Positions 30,747-40,117 of a DNA stretch of 64,000 bases are shown here, one piece after another. Positions within the stretch are counted from its first letter, which is position 1. Each line of letters opens with the position of its first letter. Source of the stretch: an uncultured Thiomicrospira sp. GTDB lineage: Bacteria > Pseudomonadota > Gammaproteobacteria > CAKMZV01. The DNA lies in NCBI GenBank assembly GCA_965195345.1, contig OZ239628.1, forward strand, positions 1,472,001-1,536,000, written 5' to 3'. The notes under the pieces were generated by a model, which worked only from the letters and a program-made list of their open reading frames with translations, did not search any database and was not told where the DNA came from. Both the position numbers and the translations under genes were made by a program.

Positions 30747-30845
30747 AATGCGTTTGTTTTTTTATGCTTATCTGTCCCAGTGTGCGTTTTGCCATTCATT
30801 CCAAATAAACAATTTGTGTGATAAATATATTTCATAAATCTTGAA

Positions 30846-31145
30846 TTAAGGTAAACTAATAATTAAAATCAAGAAACAATAGATGAGTATTATCTGTATT
30901 GGGCCTATTAAGAGACCAAATAATGTGTATTCATATACATTTTTTCCATGAATCTTTGCAAACAACAAAGCCCAAGGCACCCCCGAAAATACCAATAGAA
31001 AATAGACGATAAAGATAATCAAAAAATCACGAGGAGACCATGCGAAGTAAATATTATTTTTGGTTAATATTAATAGAAAAATCGAAATTAAATATATCAA
31101 TATAACCAGTATATTGGCAATTTGGTATTTTATTGTCCTAGTCAA
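30846..31145 (-). CDS. small hypothetical membrane protein
   Basis: 99 aa, three hydrophobic segments. Confidence 0.6.
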   Translation of the reverse strand: MTRTIKYQIANILVILIYLISIFLLILTKNNIYFAWSPRDFLIIFIVYFLLVFSGVPWALLFAKIHGKNVYEYTLFGLLIGPIQIILIYCFLILIISLP

Positions 31146-31241
31146 TGGTTGGTACCCTATTCATCATTTAATTACTATCCACTGTACACATACAACAACC
31201 AATCTGATGGCGTGTACACTAATAAGCATGTGCTTCATACT

Positions 31242-31436
31242 TTATTGTGCCCCCCAGTCTGGGTGATTGTCAACATAAATACTGCTATTGCTGAGGACTT
31301 CACCCAAGTGCATAACAGTGTCCAAAGCACCATTTAATGGGTCTCGAGCATCATAATGTACGTAAACACCAGACTTACCAAGATCCGTAGTTAAGTGATA
31401 TCCACCAGGCAACCTTTGATTCCATTGGTGGTTTCC
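31242..31436 (-). pseudogene. start-less C-terminal gene fragment (possible polymorphic toxin tip)
   Basis: Open frame GNHQWNQRLPGGYHL...YVHYDARDPL...MHLGEVL...DWGAQ* without a start. Confidence 0.4.
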
Positions 31437-31558
31437 TCTGCTATGGTATCAGCCAGAGTATCAGGATGCCCGACACCTTTTCTTTCAACATATTCACTTT
31501 CCTTAAGTGAAGGTGTCACATCTTTAGAAAATTCGAATGAAAGATTAGTGTTCAGCAT
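31391..31558 (-). pseudogene. 5' fragment of an archaeal-type S-adenosylmethionine synthetase
   Basis: MLNT...EYVERKGVGHPDTLADTIAE matches the ERKGxGHPD motif; truncated at 55 aa. Confidence 0.8.
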
Positions 31559-31566
31559 AAAATAAA

Positions 31567-31758
31567 TCAAAATTTACTGTTTAATTTCATTCCAAGGGCT
31601 GATGTTCCAGCCATATGGATATAGGCAGTTTTTCGATCTCGCAAAAATGGGACAAAACCTACTGGTCCAGCAAGGATTTCATTTCCTAAATCCATTAGAC
31701 CAGCATTTGCAATATATGAGCGTTCGAATCCCACACGATGCGGGGCTTTGTCAAACAT
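31567..31758 (-). pseudogene. probable 3' remnant of an unknown gene upstream of the MAT fragment
   Basis: 63-aa frame ending 8 nt before the MAT ATG; no good start. Confidence 0.35.
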
Positions 31759-31787
31759 TTAAGTTATTGATTTAAGTGCGTTTTATA

Positions 31788-31878
31788 TGGCGGTGAAGGA
31801 GGGATTCGAACCCTCGATGCGCTATTAACACATACTCCCTTAGCAGGGGAGCGCTTTCAGCCGCTCAGCCACTTCACC
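31788..31878 (-). tRNA. tRNA-Ser(GCT)
   Basis: GGTGAAG...CTTCACC-GCCA; anticodon arm CTCCC-CTGCTAA-GGGAG; long variable arm. Confidence 0.97.
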
Positions 31879-31912
31879 GGTTAGATTATGCAGTCCAGAT
31901 TTTGCAGGCGAG

Positions 31913-31921
31913 ATTATAGCA
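31913..31921 (-). promoter_or_regulatory. extended -10 promoter for tRNA-Ser
   Basis: Minus strand TGCTATAAT followed by GC-rich CTCGCC. Confidence 0.6.
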
Positions 31922-32132
31922 GAGCAGCCTGCTTCTTTAGTGGATTGTGTTTATTTATATTCAGCTTTCTTATTGAACGCGCTTAAATCTAAATTAAAAG
32001 CGAGAAAATAGACCATTTAACGCACTTCAGTTCATTAATGCCATGCGGAAAATTCACTAAAATTCGTATAGATGCATGTATAATGTTGGCTCGTATTTAA
32101 CCCTCCTCATAAGATAATTTTTAGGACACTGA

Positions 32133-33248
32133 GTGAAAGCAGTATTAGCCCTAGCAAGCGGTCGTGTATTCAAAGGAAAATCCGTTGGTCATTACGGAAA
32201 AGCCGTAGGTGAAGTCGTTTTTAATACCGCTATGAGCGGTTATCAAGAAATTCTCACAGACCCTTCTTATTATCAGCAAATAGTCGCCCTTACCTGCCCT
32301 CATATTGGCAATATCGGAACCAATCCCGAAGATTGTGAATCCGATAAAAGTTATGCTAAAGGATTGATTGTTCGTGATTATTCAAAACACTGCAGCAATT
32401 GGCGTTCTGATGTCAGTTTACACGACTGGATGGATGCAAGAAAGCTGGTAGGCATTACTGAAGTTGATACGCGTGCCCTAACTCTATATCTTCGTACCCA
32501 CGGCGCTCAAGCAGGATGCATTTTGAGTGGGGAAAATGTGGACGTTGACGAAGCCATCGCTATGGCTCAATCTTTCTCAGGGATTAAAGGCGTAGACCTG
32601 GCAAAAGAGGTTTCTTGTTCTAAATCTTACTCATGGAATCAAGGATGCTGGAATATTGAAGGAAAGATCAAAGAATCGACAGGGAATATACATGTGGTTG
32701 TGTATGACTTTGGTGTTAAAACAAATATTCTGCGCATGTTAGTAGATAGAGGGTGCCGAGTAAGCGTTGTTCCTGCCAAAACAACAGCAGAGCAAGTATT
32801 GAATATGAATCCTGATGGAGTAATGCTTTCAAATGGTCCTGGCGACCCAGACCCGTGCGACTATGCCATTTCTGCAATTCAATCATTAATAGAGGCTGAT
32901 GTGCCCATTTTCGGTATTTGCTTGGGACACCAATTACTAGCTTTAAGTTGTGGTGCTACCACTGAGAAAATGAAATTCGGTCATCATGGCGCAAATCACC
33001 CTGTTAAAGACATATTAACTGGGAAAACCATGATTACTAGCCAAAATCATGGCTTTTCAGTACGCTCTGATAATTTACCAACGCACCTTGAAATCACTCA
33101 TCAATCACTTTTTGATAATTCTATTCAAGGCATCCGTCATAGACACAAGAGCGCTTTTGGATTTCAAGGACACCCTGAAGCGAGCCCAGGGCCTCACGAC
33201 ATTGGCGGATTATTTGACGATTTTGTCGCTTTAATACAAGACAAGTAA
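32133..33248 (+). CDS. carA: carbamoyl-phosphate synthase small subunit
   Basis: [33 protein letters not shown]. Confidence 0.98.
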   Translation: MKAVLALASGRVFKGKSVGHYGKAVGEVVFNTAMSGYQEILTDPSYYQQIVALTCPHIGNIGTNPEDCESDKSYAKGLIVRDYSKHCSNWRSDVSLHDWMDARKLVGITEVDTRALTLYLRTHGAQAGCILSGENVDVDEAIAMAQSFSGIKGVDLAKEVSCSKSYSWNQGCWNIEGKIKESTGNIHVVVYDFGVKTNILRMLVDRGCRVSVVPAKTTAEQVLNMNPDGVMLSNGPGDPDPCDYAISAIQSLIEADVPIFGICLGHQLLALSCGATTEKMKFGHHGANHPVKDILTGKTMITSQNHGFSVRSDNLPTHLEITHQSLFDNSIQGIRHRHKSAFGFQGHPEASPGPHDIGGLFDDFVALIQDK

Positions 33249-36200
33249 ATGCCTAAACGCACTGACATTAAATCCATACTCATTATCGGGGCAGGTCCTA
33301 TTGTCATAGGTCAAGCTTGTGAATTTGATTATTCTGGCGCTCAAGCGTGTAAAAGTTTACGCGAAGAAGGCTATCGCGTTATTTTGACAAATTCAAATCC
33401 AGCAACAATCATGACAGATCCTGATCTTGCGGATGCCACTTACATTGAGCCAATACACTGGAAAGCGGTTGAGAAAATCATTGAAAAAGAAAGGCCTGAT
33501 GCGCTGCTTCCTACTATGGGCGGACAGACTGCTTTGAACTGTGCACTTGATTTAGTGCGCGAAGGGGTTTTGAAAAAATACGACTGTGAATTAATAGGTG
33601 CGAATCAAGAAGCCATCGATAAAGCTGAAGATCGTCAAAAATTCCGTGATGCCATGGATAAAATTGGTCTATCTTCTGCTCGCTCACACATAGCGCATAG
33701 CATGGAAGAAGCATGGAGTGTGCAATCCAATATCGGATTTCCAGCAATTATCCGCCCTTCATTCACTTTAGGTGGAACAGGCGGTGGCATAGCTTACAAC
33801 CATGAAGAATTCGAGGAAATTTGTACGCGTGGATTCGATTTGTCACCAACACACGAACTGTTAATTGAAGAGTCTTTGCTTGGTTGGAAAGAGTTTGAAA
33901 TGGAAGTTGTGCGCGATCGCAAAGACAATTGCATTATTGTGTGTGCAATAGAGAACTTTGACCCTATGGGAGTACACACAGGCGATTCCATTACTGTTGC
34001 CCCAGCACAAACATTAACCGATAAAGAGTACCAACTATTAAGAAATGCATCCATTGCCGTACTGCGTGAAGTAGGCGTAGATACTGGCGGGTCAAATGTC
34101 CAATTTGCGATTAACCCAAAAGACGGCCGCATTATTGTTATTGAAATGAACCCACGTGTATCACGTTCGTCTGCCTTAGCCTCAAAAGCTACTGGATTTC
34201 CAATTGCGAAAATTGCCGCAAAACTATCTATAGGTTATACTTTAGACGAATTGCAGAATGATATTACGAATGGTAAAACACCTGCTTCTTTTGAACCAAG
34301 TATCGATTATGTTGTAACAAAAGTACCACGCTTTACTTTCGAGAAATTCCCTGAAGCCAATCCTCTATTGACCACTCAAATGAAGTCAGTTGGAGAAACA
34401 ATGGCGATTGGGCGAACGTTTCAAGAGTCTCTACAAAAAGCATTGTTTGGACTGGAAATTGATAAAACAGGGCTTGATGAGATTTTCTTCCCTAGCGGTA
34501 ACTTTAAACAAGACGAAACATTATGTTTAAAAGAATTACGTCAACCCGGAGCTTTTCGTATCTGGTATCTTGCAGATGCTTTTCGATTAGGTATTTCGTT
34601 AGAGAAAATATTTGCTACTTGTTCCATTGACCCTTGGTTTTTGCACCAAATCAAAGAGCTTATTGATATTGAGTCAAGTCTGAAACAGAAAACGCTCAAC
34701 TCATTGGATAAAGATGATCTATGGAAACTTAAGCGCAAAGGATTCTCCGACAAACGCCTCGCATACTTATTAAATTGTGATGCTAATAGTGTCTACGTTG
34801 CACGTAATAATTTAGGCGTGTTGCCAGCGTTTAAACGCGTTGACACTTGCGCAGGGGAATTTGCAACAGACACCGCTTATATGTATTCAACTTATGAGCA
34901 TGAATGTGAAGCACGCCCTACTTCGAAAAATAAAATCATCATTATTGGTGGCGGTCCCAATAGAATTGGACAGGGAATTGAGTTTGATTACTGCTGTGTT
35001 CATGCCGCTCTAGCGTTGCGAGAAGATGGTTGGGAAACGATCATGGTTAATTGTAATCCTGAAACCGTTTCAACAGATTATGACACTTCTGACAGGCTTT
35101 ATTTTGAGCCTTTGACGCACGAGCACATCATGAATATTGTTGCTGTTGAAAAACCGCACGGGGTTATCGTGCATTATGGCGGTCAAACGCCATTAAAACT
35201 TGCTAAAGGCTTACTCGCCAGCGGTGTTTCTATTATTGGCACTTCACCTGAAGCGATTGATCGTGCTGAAGATCGTGAGCAATTTAAAGAGTTATTAGAC
35301 AAACTTTCGTTGTTACAACCTGCTAATCGTACCGCCAAAGATGGTGATTCTGCAGCATTATTGGCTGAGGAAGTTGGCTTTCCATTGGTTGTTCGCCCTT
35401 CTTATGTTCTTGGTGGTCGAGCCATGGAAATTGTATTCAATCAACAAGAGTTGAAACATTACATAGAAAATGCCGTACAAGTCTCAAACGATTCACCTGT
35501 GCTGCTTGATTATTTCCTCGATAACGCTGTTGAGTTAGATGTTGATGCTGTTTCTGATGGTGAAGAAGTTATCGTTGCGGGCATAATGGAGCATATTGAG
35601 CAAGCAGGTATTCATTCTGGAGACTCTGCCTGTTGTTTACCTCCGCATCAAATCAGTGATGAACTAATTGATAGAATTCGTGAACAAACCATCAAAATGG
35701 CTAAGGAGCTAAATGTGGTCGGTTTGATGAATGTTCAATTCGCCATAAAAGGCGATGATATTTACGTGATTGAAGTTAATCCTCGTGCTTCGCGCACCGT
35801 GCCTTTTGTATCAAAAACAACAGCTGCCCCATGGGCAAAAATTGCTGCTCGCTGTATGGTAGGCAAGTCACTCAAAGAGCAAGGTGTTCAAATAATCCCC
35901 AATCGTCCTTATTTTGCTGTTAAAGAATCGGTATTCCCATTCAATAAATTTCCAGGGATTGACCCTGTCTTAAGTCCTGAAATGCGATCTACTGGTGAGG
36001 TTATGGGTGTTGGTATGACTTTTGGTGAAGCATTTGCCAAAGGCACAGCTGCCGCCAATACTGATATTCCATTAAGTGGCACTGTATTTTTTAGTATTGA
36101 TCGCAATGAGCGCATCAATGCTCTACCTTTGGCAAAAAAATTGAAGAACAAAGGCTTCAATATTATGGCAACACGAGGAACTTTGAAAGTCTTAGAAGAA

Positions 36201-36467
36201 AATGGCATAGAAGGTGAGTTGGTGAACAAGGTTTCTGAAGGTCGTCCAAACGTGGTTGATGCAATTAAGAATAAGCAAATTGATCTTATCATAAATACAA
36301 CAGGAGACGCTTTGTCCATCCGCGACTCTTCGGACATTCGACGCGTTGCATTAATGAAAAAAATCACTTGTGCTACTACTTTGAGAGCCGCAAGTGCCAT
36401 GATCCAAGCGATGGATTATGACCCTTATAATCAGGTTACTTCATTACAAGATTTGCAACAGAAATGA
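33249..36467 (+). CDS. carB: carbamoyl-phosphate synthase large subunit
   Basis: [30 protein letters not shown]; two ATP-grasp halves; 1072 aa. Confidence 0.99.
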   Translation: MPKRTDIKSILIIGAGPIVIGQACEFDYSGAQACKSLREEGYRVILTNSNPATIMTDPDLADATYIEPIHWKAVEKIIEKERPDALLPTMGGQTALNCALDLVREGVLKKYDCELIGANQEAIDKAEDRQKFRDAMDKIGLSSARSHIAHSMEEAWSVQSNIGFPAIIRPSFTLGGTGGGIAYNHEEFEEICTRGFDLSPTHELLIEESLLGWKEFEMEVVRDRKDNCIIVCAIENFDPMGVHTGDSITVAPAQTLTDKEYQLLRNASIAVLREVGVDTGGSNVQFAINPKDGRIIVIEMNPRVSRSSALASKATGFPIAKIAAKLSIGYTLDELQNDITNGKTPASFEPSIDYVVTKVPRFTFEKFPEANPLLTTQMKSVGETMAIGRTFQESLQKALFGLEIDKTGLDEIFFPSGNFKQDETLCLKELRQPGAFRIWYLADAFRLGISLEKIFATCSIDPWFLHQIKELIDIESSLKQKTLNSLDKDDLWKLKRKGFSDKRLAYLLNCDANSVYVARNNLGVLPAFKRVDTCAGEFATDTAYMYSTYEHECEARPTSKNKIIIIGGGPNRIGQGIEFDYCCVHAALALREDGWETIMVNCNPETVSTDYDTSDRLYFEPLTHEHIMNIVAVEKPHGVIVHYGGQTPLKLAKGLLASGVSIIGTSPEAIDRAEDREQFKELLDKLSLLQPANRTAKDGDSAALLAEEVGFPLVVRPSYVLGGRAMEIVFNQQELKHYIENAVQVSNDSPVLLDYFLDNAVELDVDAVSDGEEVIVAGIMEHIEQAGIHSGDSACCLPPHQISDELIDRIREQTIKMAKELNVVGLMNVQFAIKGDDIYVIEVNPRASRTVPFVSKTTAAPWAKIAARCMVGKSLKEQGVQIIPNRPYFAVKESVFPFNKFPGIDPVLSPEMRSTGEVMGVGMTFGEAFAKGTAAANTDIPLSGTVFFSIDRNERINALPLAKKLKNKGFNIMATRGTLKVLEENGIEGELVNKVSEGRPNVVDAIKNKQIDLIINTTGDALSIRDSSDIRRVALMKKITCATTLRAASAMIQAMDYDPYNQVTSLQDLQQK

Positions 36468-37075
36468 TCCGTCTTTCTATTCATCCTGAAAATCCTCAAA
36501 AAAAACAAATTAATGCTGTTTGTGAATGCCTGAACGATGGCGGAGTGGTTGTATTACCTACCGACTCTTGCTATGCGCTTACAACAAAAATCGGTAACCT
36601 TGATGGTGCGGCGCGCATTCGTCAAATAAGAAAGTTAGATGACAAACATCGCTTCAGTTTGCTTTGTCAAGATTTATCAAATATAGCCACTTACGCCAAG
36701 GTTGATAACTCTTCGTTTCGATATATGCGCACGTATATTCCAGGCGCATTCACGTTCATCTTACAAGCATCCAAAGAAGTACCTAAAAAACTGTTGCATG
36801 AGAAGCGCAAAGAAATTGGAATTCGTGTGCCAAAAAATAATATCGTTCACAGTATCTTGAACGAATTGAACTGTGGACTGTTAAGCTCAACCATGCATTT
36901 GTCCGACAACGAGCTAATCATGACCGAAGCCGACACTATAGAAGATGAAATAGGGTCACAAATAGATATGTTGATCGATGGAGGAAGTTGTGGGCTAATA
37001 CCTACGACAATAGTTAATTTAACAGGTGAGGTGCCTGTAGTAATTCGCCAAGGAAATGGTATTTTGATTAGCTAA
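36464..37075 (+). CDS. yciO: Sua5/YciO/YrdC family protein
   Basis: IHPENPQ, PTDSCY, IGIRVP, PTTIVNL, RQGNG. Confidence 0.88.
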   Translation: MIRLSIHPENPQKKQINAVCECLNDGGVVVLPTDSCYALTTKIGNLDGAARIRQIRKLDDKHRFSLLCQDLSNIATYAKVDNSSFRYMRTYIPGAFTFILQASKEVPKKLLHEKRKEIGIRVPKNNIVHSILNELNCGLLSSTMHLSDNELIMTEADTIEDEIGSQIDMLIDGGSCGLIPTTIVNLTGEVPVVIRQGNGILIS

Positions 37076-37252
37076 ATGTTTACTTGAGATTAGTGCCTCC
37101 AACACGCCTCTTACGAACACTTACAAGAGTGTATACAGAAATATTTCACGAAACTATTCCTCATTAAAATCGCATTGGACGGCTCGAATGTTGATAGAAT
37201 GGTGCAATACATAGAACTCTTACAGAAGCCATATTAATAACTGATTTATATC

Positions 37253-37888
37253 ATGGAATTATCCGTATTTCAGAAAATTGCCATCTTTACACTTCCTGTT
37301 CTGTTTGCTATCACAGTCCATGAATATGCACATGGGTGGGCAGCAAGTCGACTTGGAGACAATACCGCTCGCATGGCTGGTCGGCTTACCCTAAATCCCA
37401 TCAAACACATTGATCTAGTCGGAACCATCATCATACCGATTGTCTTATTATTACTGGGTGGCTTTTTGTTTGGTTGGGCAAAGCCTGTACCTGTTGATGT
37501 GCGCAATCTTCGCAGTCCAAGAGGCGATATGGCTTGGGTTGCAATTGCTGGACCTTTTTCAAATTTGATCATGGCTTTCTTATGGTCATTGTTACTTCCC
37601 TTGGGGAAAATAGTTTTCAACATCAGCAGCGATGTTGGATTGCTTATGATTTATATGGCACAAGCTGGCGTTTTGATTAATCTTGCTCTTATGTTGCTCA
37701 ATTTAATCCCCATCCCTCCCCTTGATGGAAGTCGAATCCTTTCTGCATTCCTTCCTTTGCGACTGAGCTATCAATATAATCGCCTTGAACAATATGGCTT
37801 CATATTCCTTATCATTCTCCTCGCATTTGGCTGGCTTGGAAATATAATCGGTCCTCCTCTGTATTACTTACAAAACATTTTCCTTTAA
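37253..37888 (+). CDS. site-2 protease (M50) family membrane metalloprotease
   Basis: HEYAH, AGPFSN, NLIPIPPLDG. Confidence 0.95.
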   Translation: MELSVFQKIAIFTLPVLFAITVHEYAHGWAASRLGDNTARMAGRLTLNPIKHIDLVGTIIIPIVLLLLGGFLFGWAKPVPVDVRNLRSPRGDMAWVAIAGPFSNLIMAFLWSLLLPLGKIVFNISSDVGLLMIYMAQAGVLINLALMLLNLIPIPPLDGSRILSAFLPLRLSYQYNRLEQYGFIFLIILLAFGWLGNIIGPPLYYLQNIFL

Positions 37889-37890
37889 TT

Positions 37891-38658
37891 TTGAAACGCA
37901 TTCGCTTACACAAATGGCTTGCTGACTCCGGCTTAGCCTCACGCCGCAGTTGCGAAAAAATGATTGAGGACAAGCGTATTGAAGTAAATCACAAAATTGC
38001 AGAGATTGGTCAAATCATAGATCCCGATGTTGACAACGTATTTCTTGATAAAAGACGTTTTCGCCCAAATAAAAAAACCGCAAGTCTGCAAGTCATCTTA
38101 TACAACAAGCCACCAGGGCAAATAGTAACACGCAAAGATCCTCAAGAACGTGATACTGTATTCCAGTCTCTACCACGCCCTAAAAGCGGACGCTGGATCA
38201 GTGTTGGTCGGTTGGACATCAACACAAGCGGTCTGCTTTTATTTACAAACGATGGGCAATTAGCCAATGCATTAATGCATCCCTCCTCAGATTTAGAAAA
38301 GGAATACGCTGTCCGCTTACGTGGACTACTAAGCGAAGAACAGTTGAAACTTTTAAAATCCGGCGTTGAACTGGAAGATGGTATGGCTTCCTTTAAAAGC
38401 ATTGAGGAGCGCGGTGGCGAAGGACATAATCGTTGGTATCATGTGGTGTTAGAGCAAGGGCGTAATCGTATGGTGCGCCGTTTGATTGAATCACAAGGTT
38501 CGCAAGTTGCCCGACTAATCCGAGTACGCTTTGGCACTCTGTTATTACCGATGCAACTCAAACATGGGCAGCATTGGCTATTAAGTGATAAAGAAGTAGC
38601 CAGTTTTTTAAAAGACTCAGGACTCTCAAAATTATTGGAGAGTAATACCTCTAAATAA
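37891..38658 (+). CDS. rluB: 23S rRNA pseudouridine synthase B
   Basis: S4 domain, VGRLDINTSGLLLFTNDG, LMHPS, GRNR. Confidence 0.9.
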   Translation: MKRIRLHKWLADSGLASRRSCEKMIEDKRIEVNHKIAEIGQIIDPDVDNVFLDKRRFRPNKKTASLQVILYNKPPGQIVTRKDPQERDTVFQSLPRPKSGRWISVGRLDINTSGLLLFTNDGQLANALMHPSSDLEKEYAVRLRGLLSEEQLKLLKSGVELEDGMASFKSIEERGGEGHNRWYHVVLEQGRNRMVRRLIESQGSQVARLIRVRFGTLLLPMQLKHGQHWLLSDKEVASFLKDSGLSKLLESNTSK

Positions 38659-38716
38659 TTGCCCTTTATAAGCAGTATTAAAGTAGTAGAATATAAAAAC
38701 GTCCTTGCGCGCTTTC

Positions 38717-39355
38717 ATGAAAAATTCTATGAATAAACAGAATTTAAAAATTGCAGAAAGTCTTTTTAAAGCACAGTACCCACTGGGATTTTCTGATCCT
38801 CAGTTGCTCGCCATTGCTAAACGGCACAATATGAACAAGATGATTGAAAACTGTCAAGATTCTTTTAGTGTAAGAAGTTTTGACATGCCTAACCAGATTG
38901 TAGAGAGTATGATAAAAACAGTATCTCGCTCATCCATGGTCTCCATGTTTGAAAAACCTAAATTCCGCGATTGCATGAAAACTTTAAATTCTGACGGGAT
39001 AGAACGCATGTCATTAGGACTAAAAGAACTCTTACATGGAGAGCAAGAATATGGGTTTGAAATGTTATGCGAAGAACTTCGTAATCATAAATTAGCTCGA
39101 TGGAGCTTATTAACCATAATCCCCACATACTATGACCCGACAGTAGAGGTTTTTGTCAAACCCACTACTGCAAAAAATATCCTCCAACATTTTGAAATAG
39201 AAAATTTAACCTACAACGCTAAACCTTCTTGGACTTTCTATGCTGGATACCGCAAGTTGGTCACAACAATGAAACAATTAGTTGACCCTTCGCTATCCCC
39301 TTCAAATGCAGCTTTTACAGGCTTTCTAATGATGAGCATGCGCCCTATGGATTAA
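38717..39355 (+). CDS. conserved hypothetical protein
   Basis: About 210-aa ORF in the operon direction; no recognised motif; start uncertain. Confidence 0.75.
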   Translation: MKNSMNKQNLKIAESLFKAQYPLGFSDPQLLAIAKRHNMNKMIENCQDSFSVRSFDMPNQIVESMIKTVSRSSMVSMFEKPKFRDCMKTLNSDGIERMSLGLKELLHGEQEYGFEMLCEELRNHKLARWSLLTIIPTYYDPTVEVFVKPTTAKNILQHFEIENLTYNAKPSWTFYAGYRKLVTTMKQLVDPSLSPSNAAFTGFLMMSMRPMD

Positions 39356-39410
39356 ATGACTTTTATAAAAAACCCATACCCTATACTGTCTATACTCTAA
39401 TAATTTTAAA

Positions 39411-39878
39411 ATGAATTTAAACGACTCGATTAATATCCTTGAATGTGCCTCTATAAACACAGAAAACAATCGTTGGCAATGGCAAAGCGGTGGTAAAAAA
39501 AACTTAGTCATCTATTTCTATCCAAAGGACGATACGCCAGGTTGCACTGTTGAGACCAAGGATTTTGAAAGGTTACTCTCCTCATTTGCAAAGACCAGCA
39601 CTGAAGTAGTTGGAATATCGCGTGACACGCTCAAAAGTCATTTAAAGTTTAGCGAAAAACATGCTCTTTCTTTGCCTTTATTAGCCGATGTGGAAAAGAC
39701 GATATGCGCTCAATTTGGTGTGTTAGTTGAAAAATCGATGTTTGGTCGCAAATACATGGGGATTGATCGGACAACATTTTTGATCAATAAAGATGGAGTC
39801 GTTGTCAAAATATGGCGAAAAGTTAAAGTCGATGGTCATGCACAAGAAGTCATGAACTACTGTCAATCAATCCTTTAA
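39411..39878 (+). CDS. bcp: peroxiredoxin Bcp
   Basis: YFYPKDDTPGCT, GISRD, RTTFLI. Confidence 0.94.
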   Translation: MNLNDSINILECASINTENNRWQWQSGGKKNLVIYFYPKDDTPGCTVETKDFERLLSSFAKTSTEVVGISRDTLKSHLKFSEKHALSLPLLADVEKTICAQFGVLVEKSMFGRKYMGIDRTTFLINKDGVVVKIWRKVKVDGHAQEVMNYCQSIL

Positions 39879-39969
39879 GCATCCATTTCTTAGACAGCAA
39901 TAAAGCATCATGATCTTAAGGATAGTGATTTCCCAAACCGTCACCTTTGCAAGTAATTAGCGCGTAATG

Positions 39970-39978
39970 TGTTATAAT
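39970..39978 (+). promoter_or_regulatory. putative extended -10 promoter for acnA
   Basis: TGTTATAAT about 140 nt upstream of acnA. Confidence 0.4.
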
Positions 39979-40117
39979 ACCTCACAATTCTTCAGAAGAA
40001 GCTGTGCTAATTGTGTTTTTTATTTTCCATTGTTATTTTTCTTATTGCAGTGAAAAGTAAAAATATCATCTCAACATAGTTGGGGTGTGTCTATTTTAAA
40101 TTTAACTTGGAGACATC

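Noticed and set aside
31722-31732. GTTCGAATCCC T-loop-like sequence near tRNA-Ser
   Set aside because: No T-stem or acceptor stem, and opposite orientation to the tRNA; probably chance.
37110-37237. Frame ending ...DRMVQYIELLQKPY*, reminiscent of an RsmG N-terminus
   Set aside because: Too short, no start codon, and similarity limited to a generic helix.
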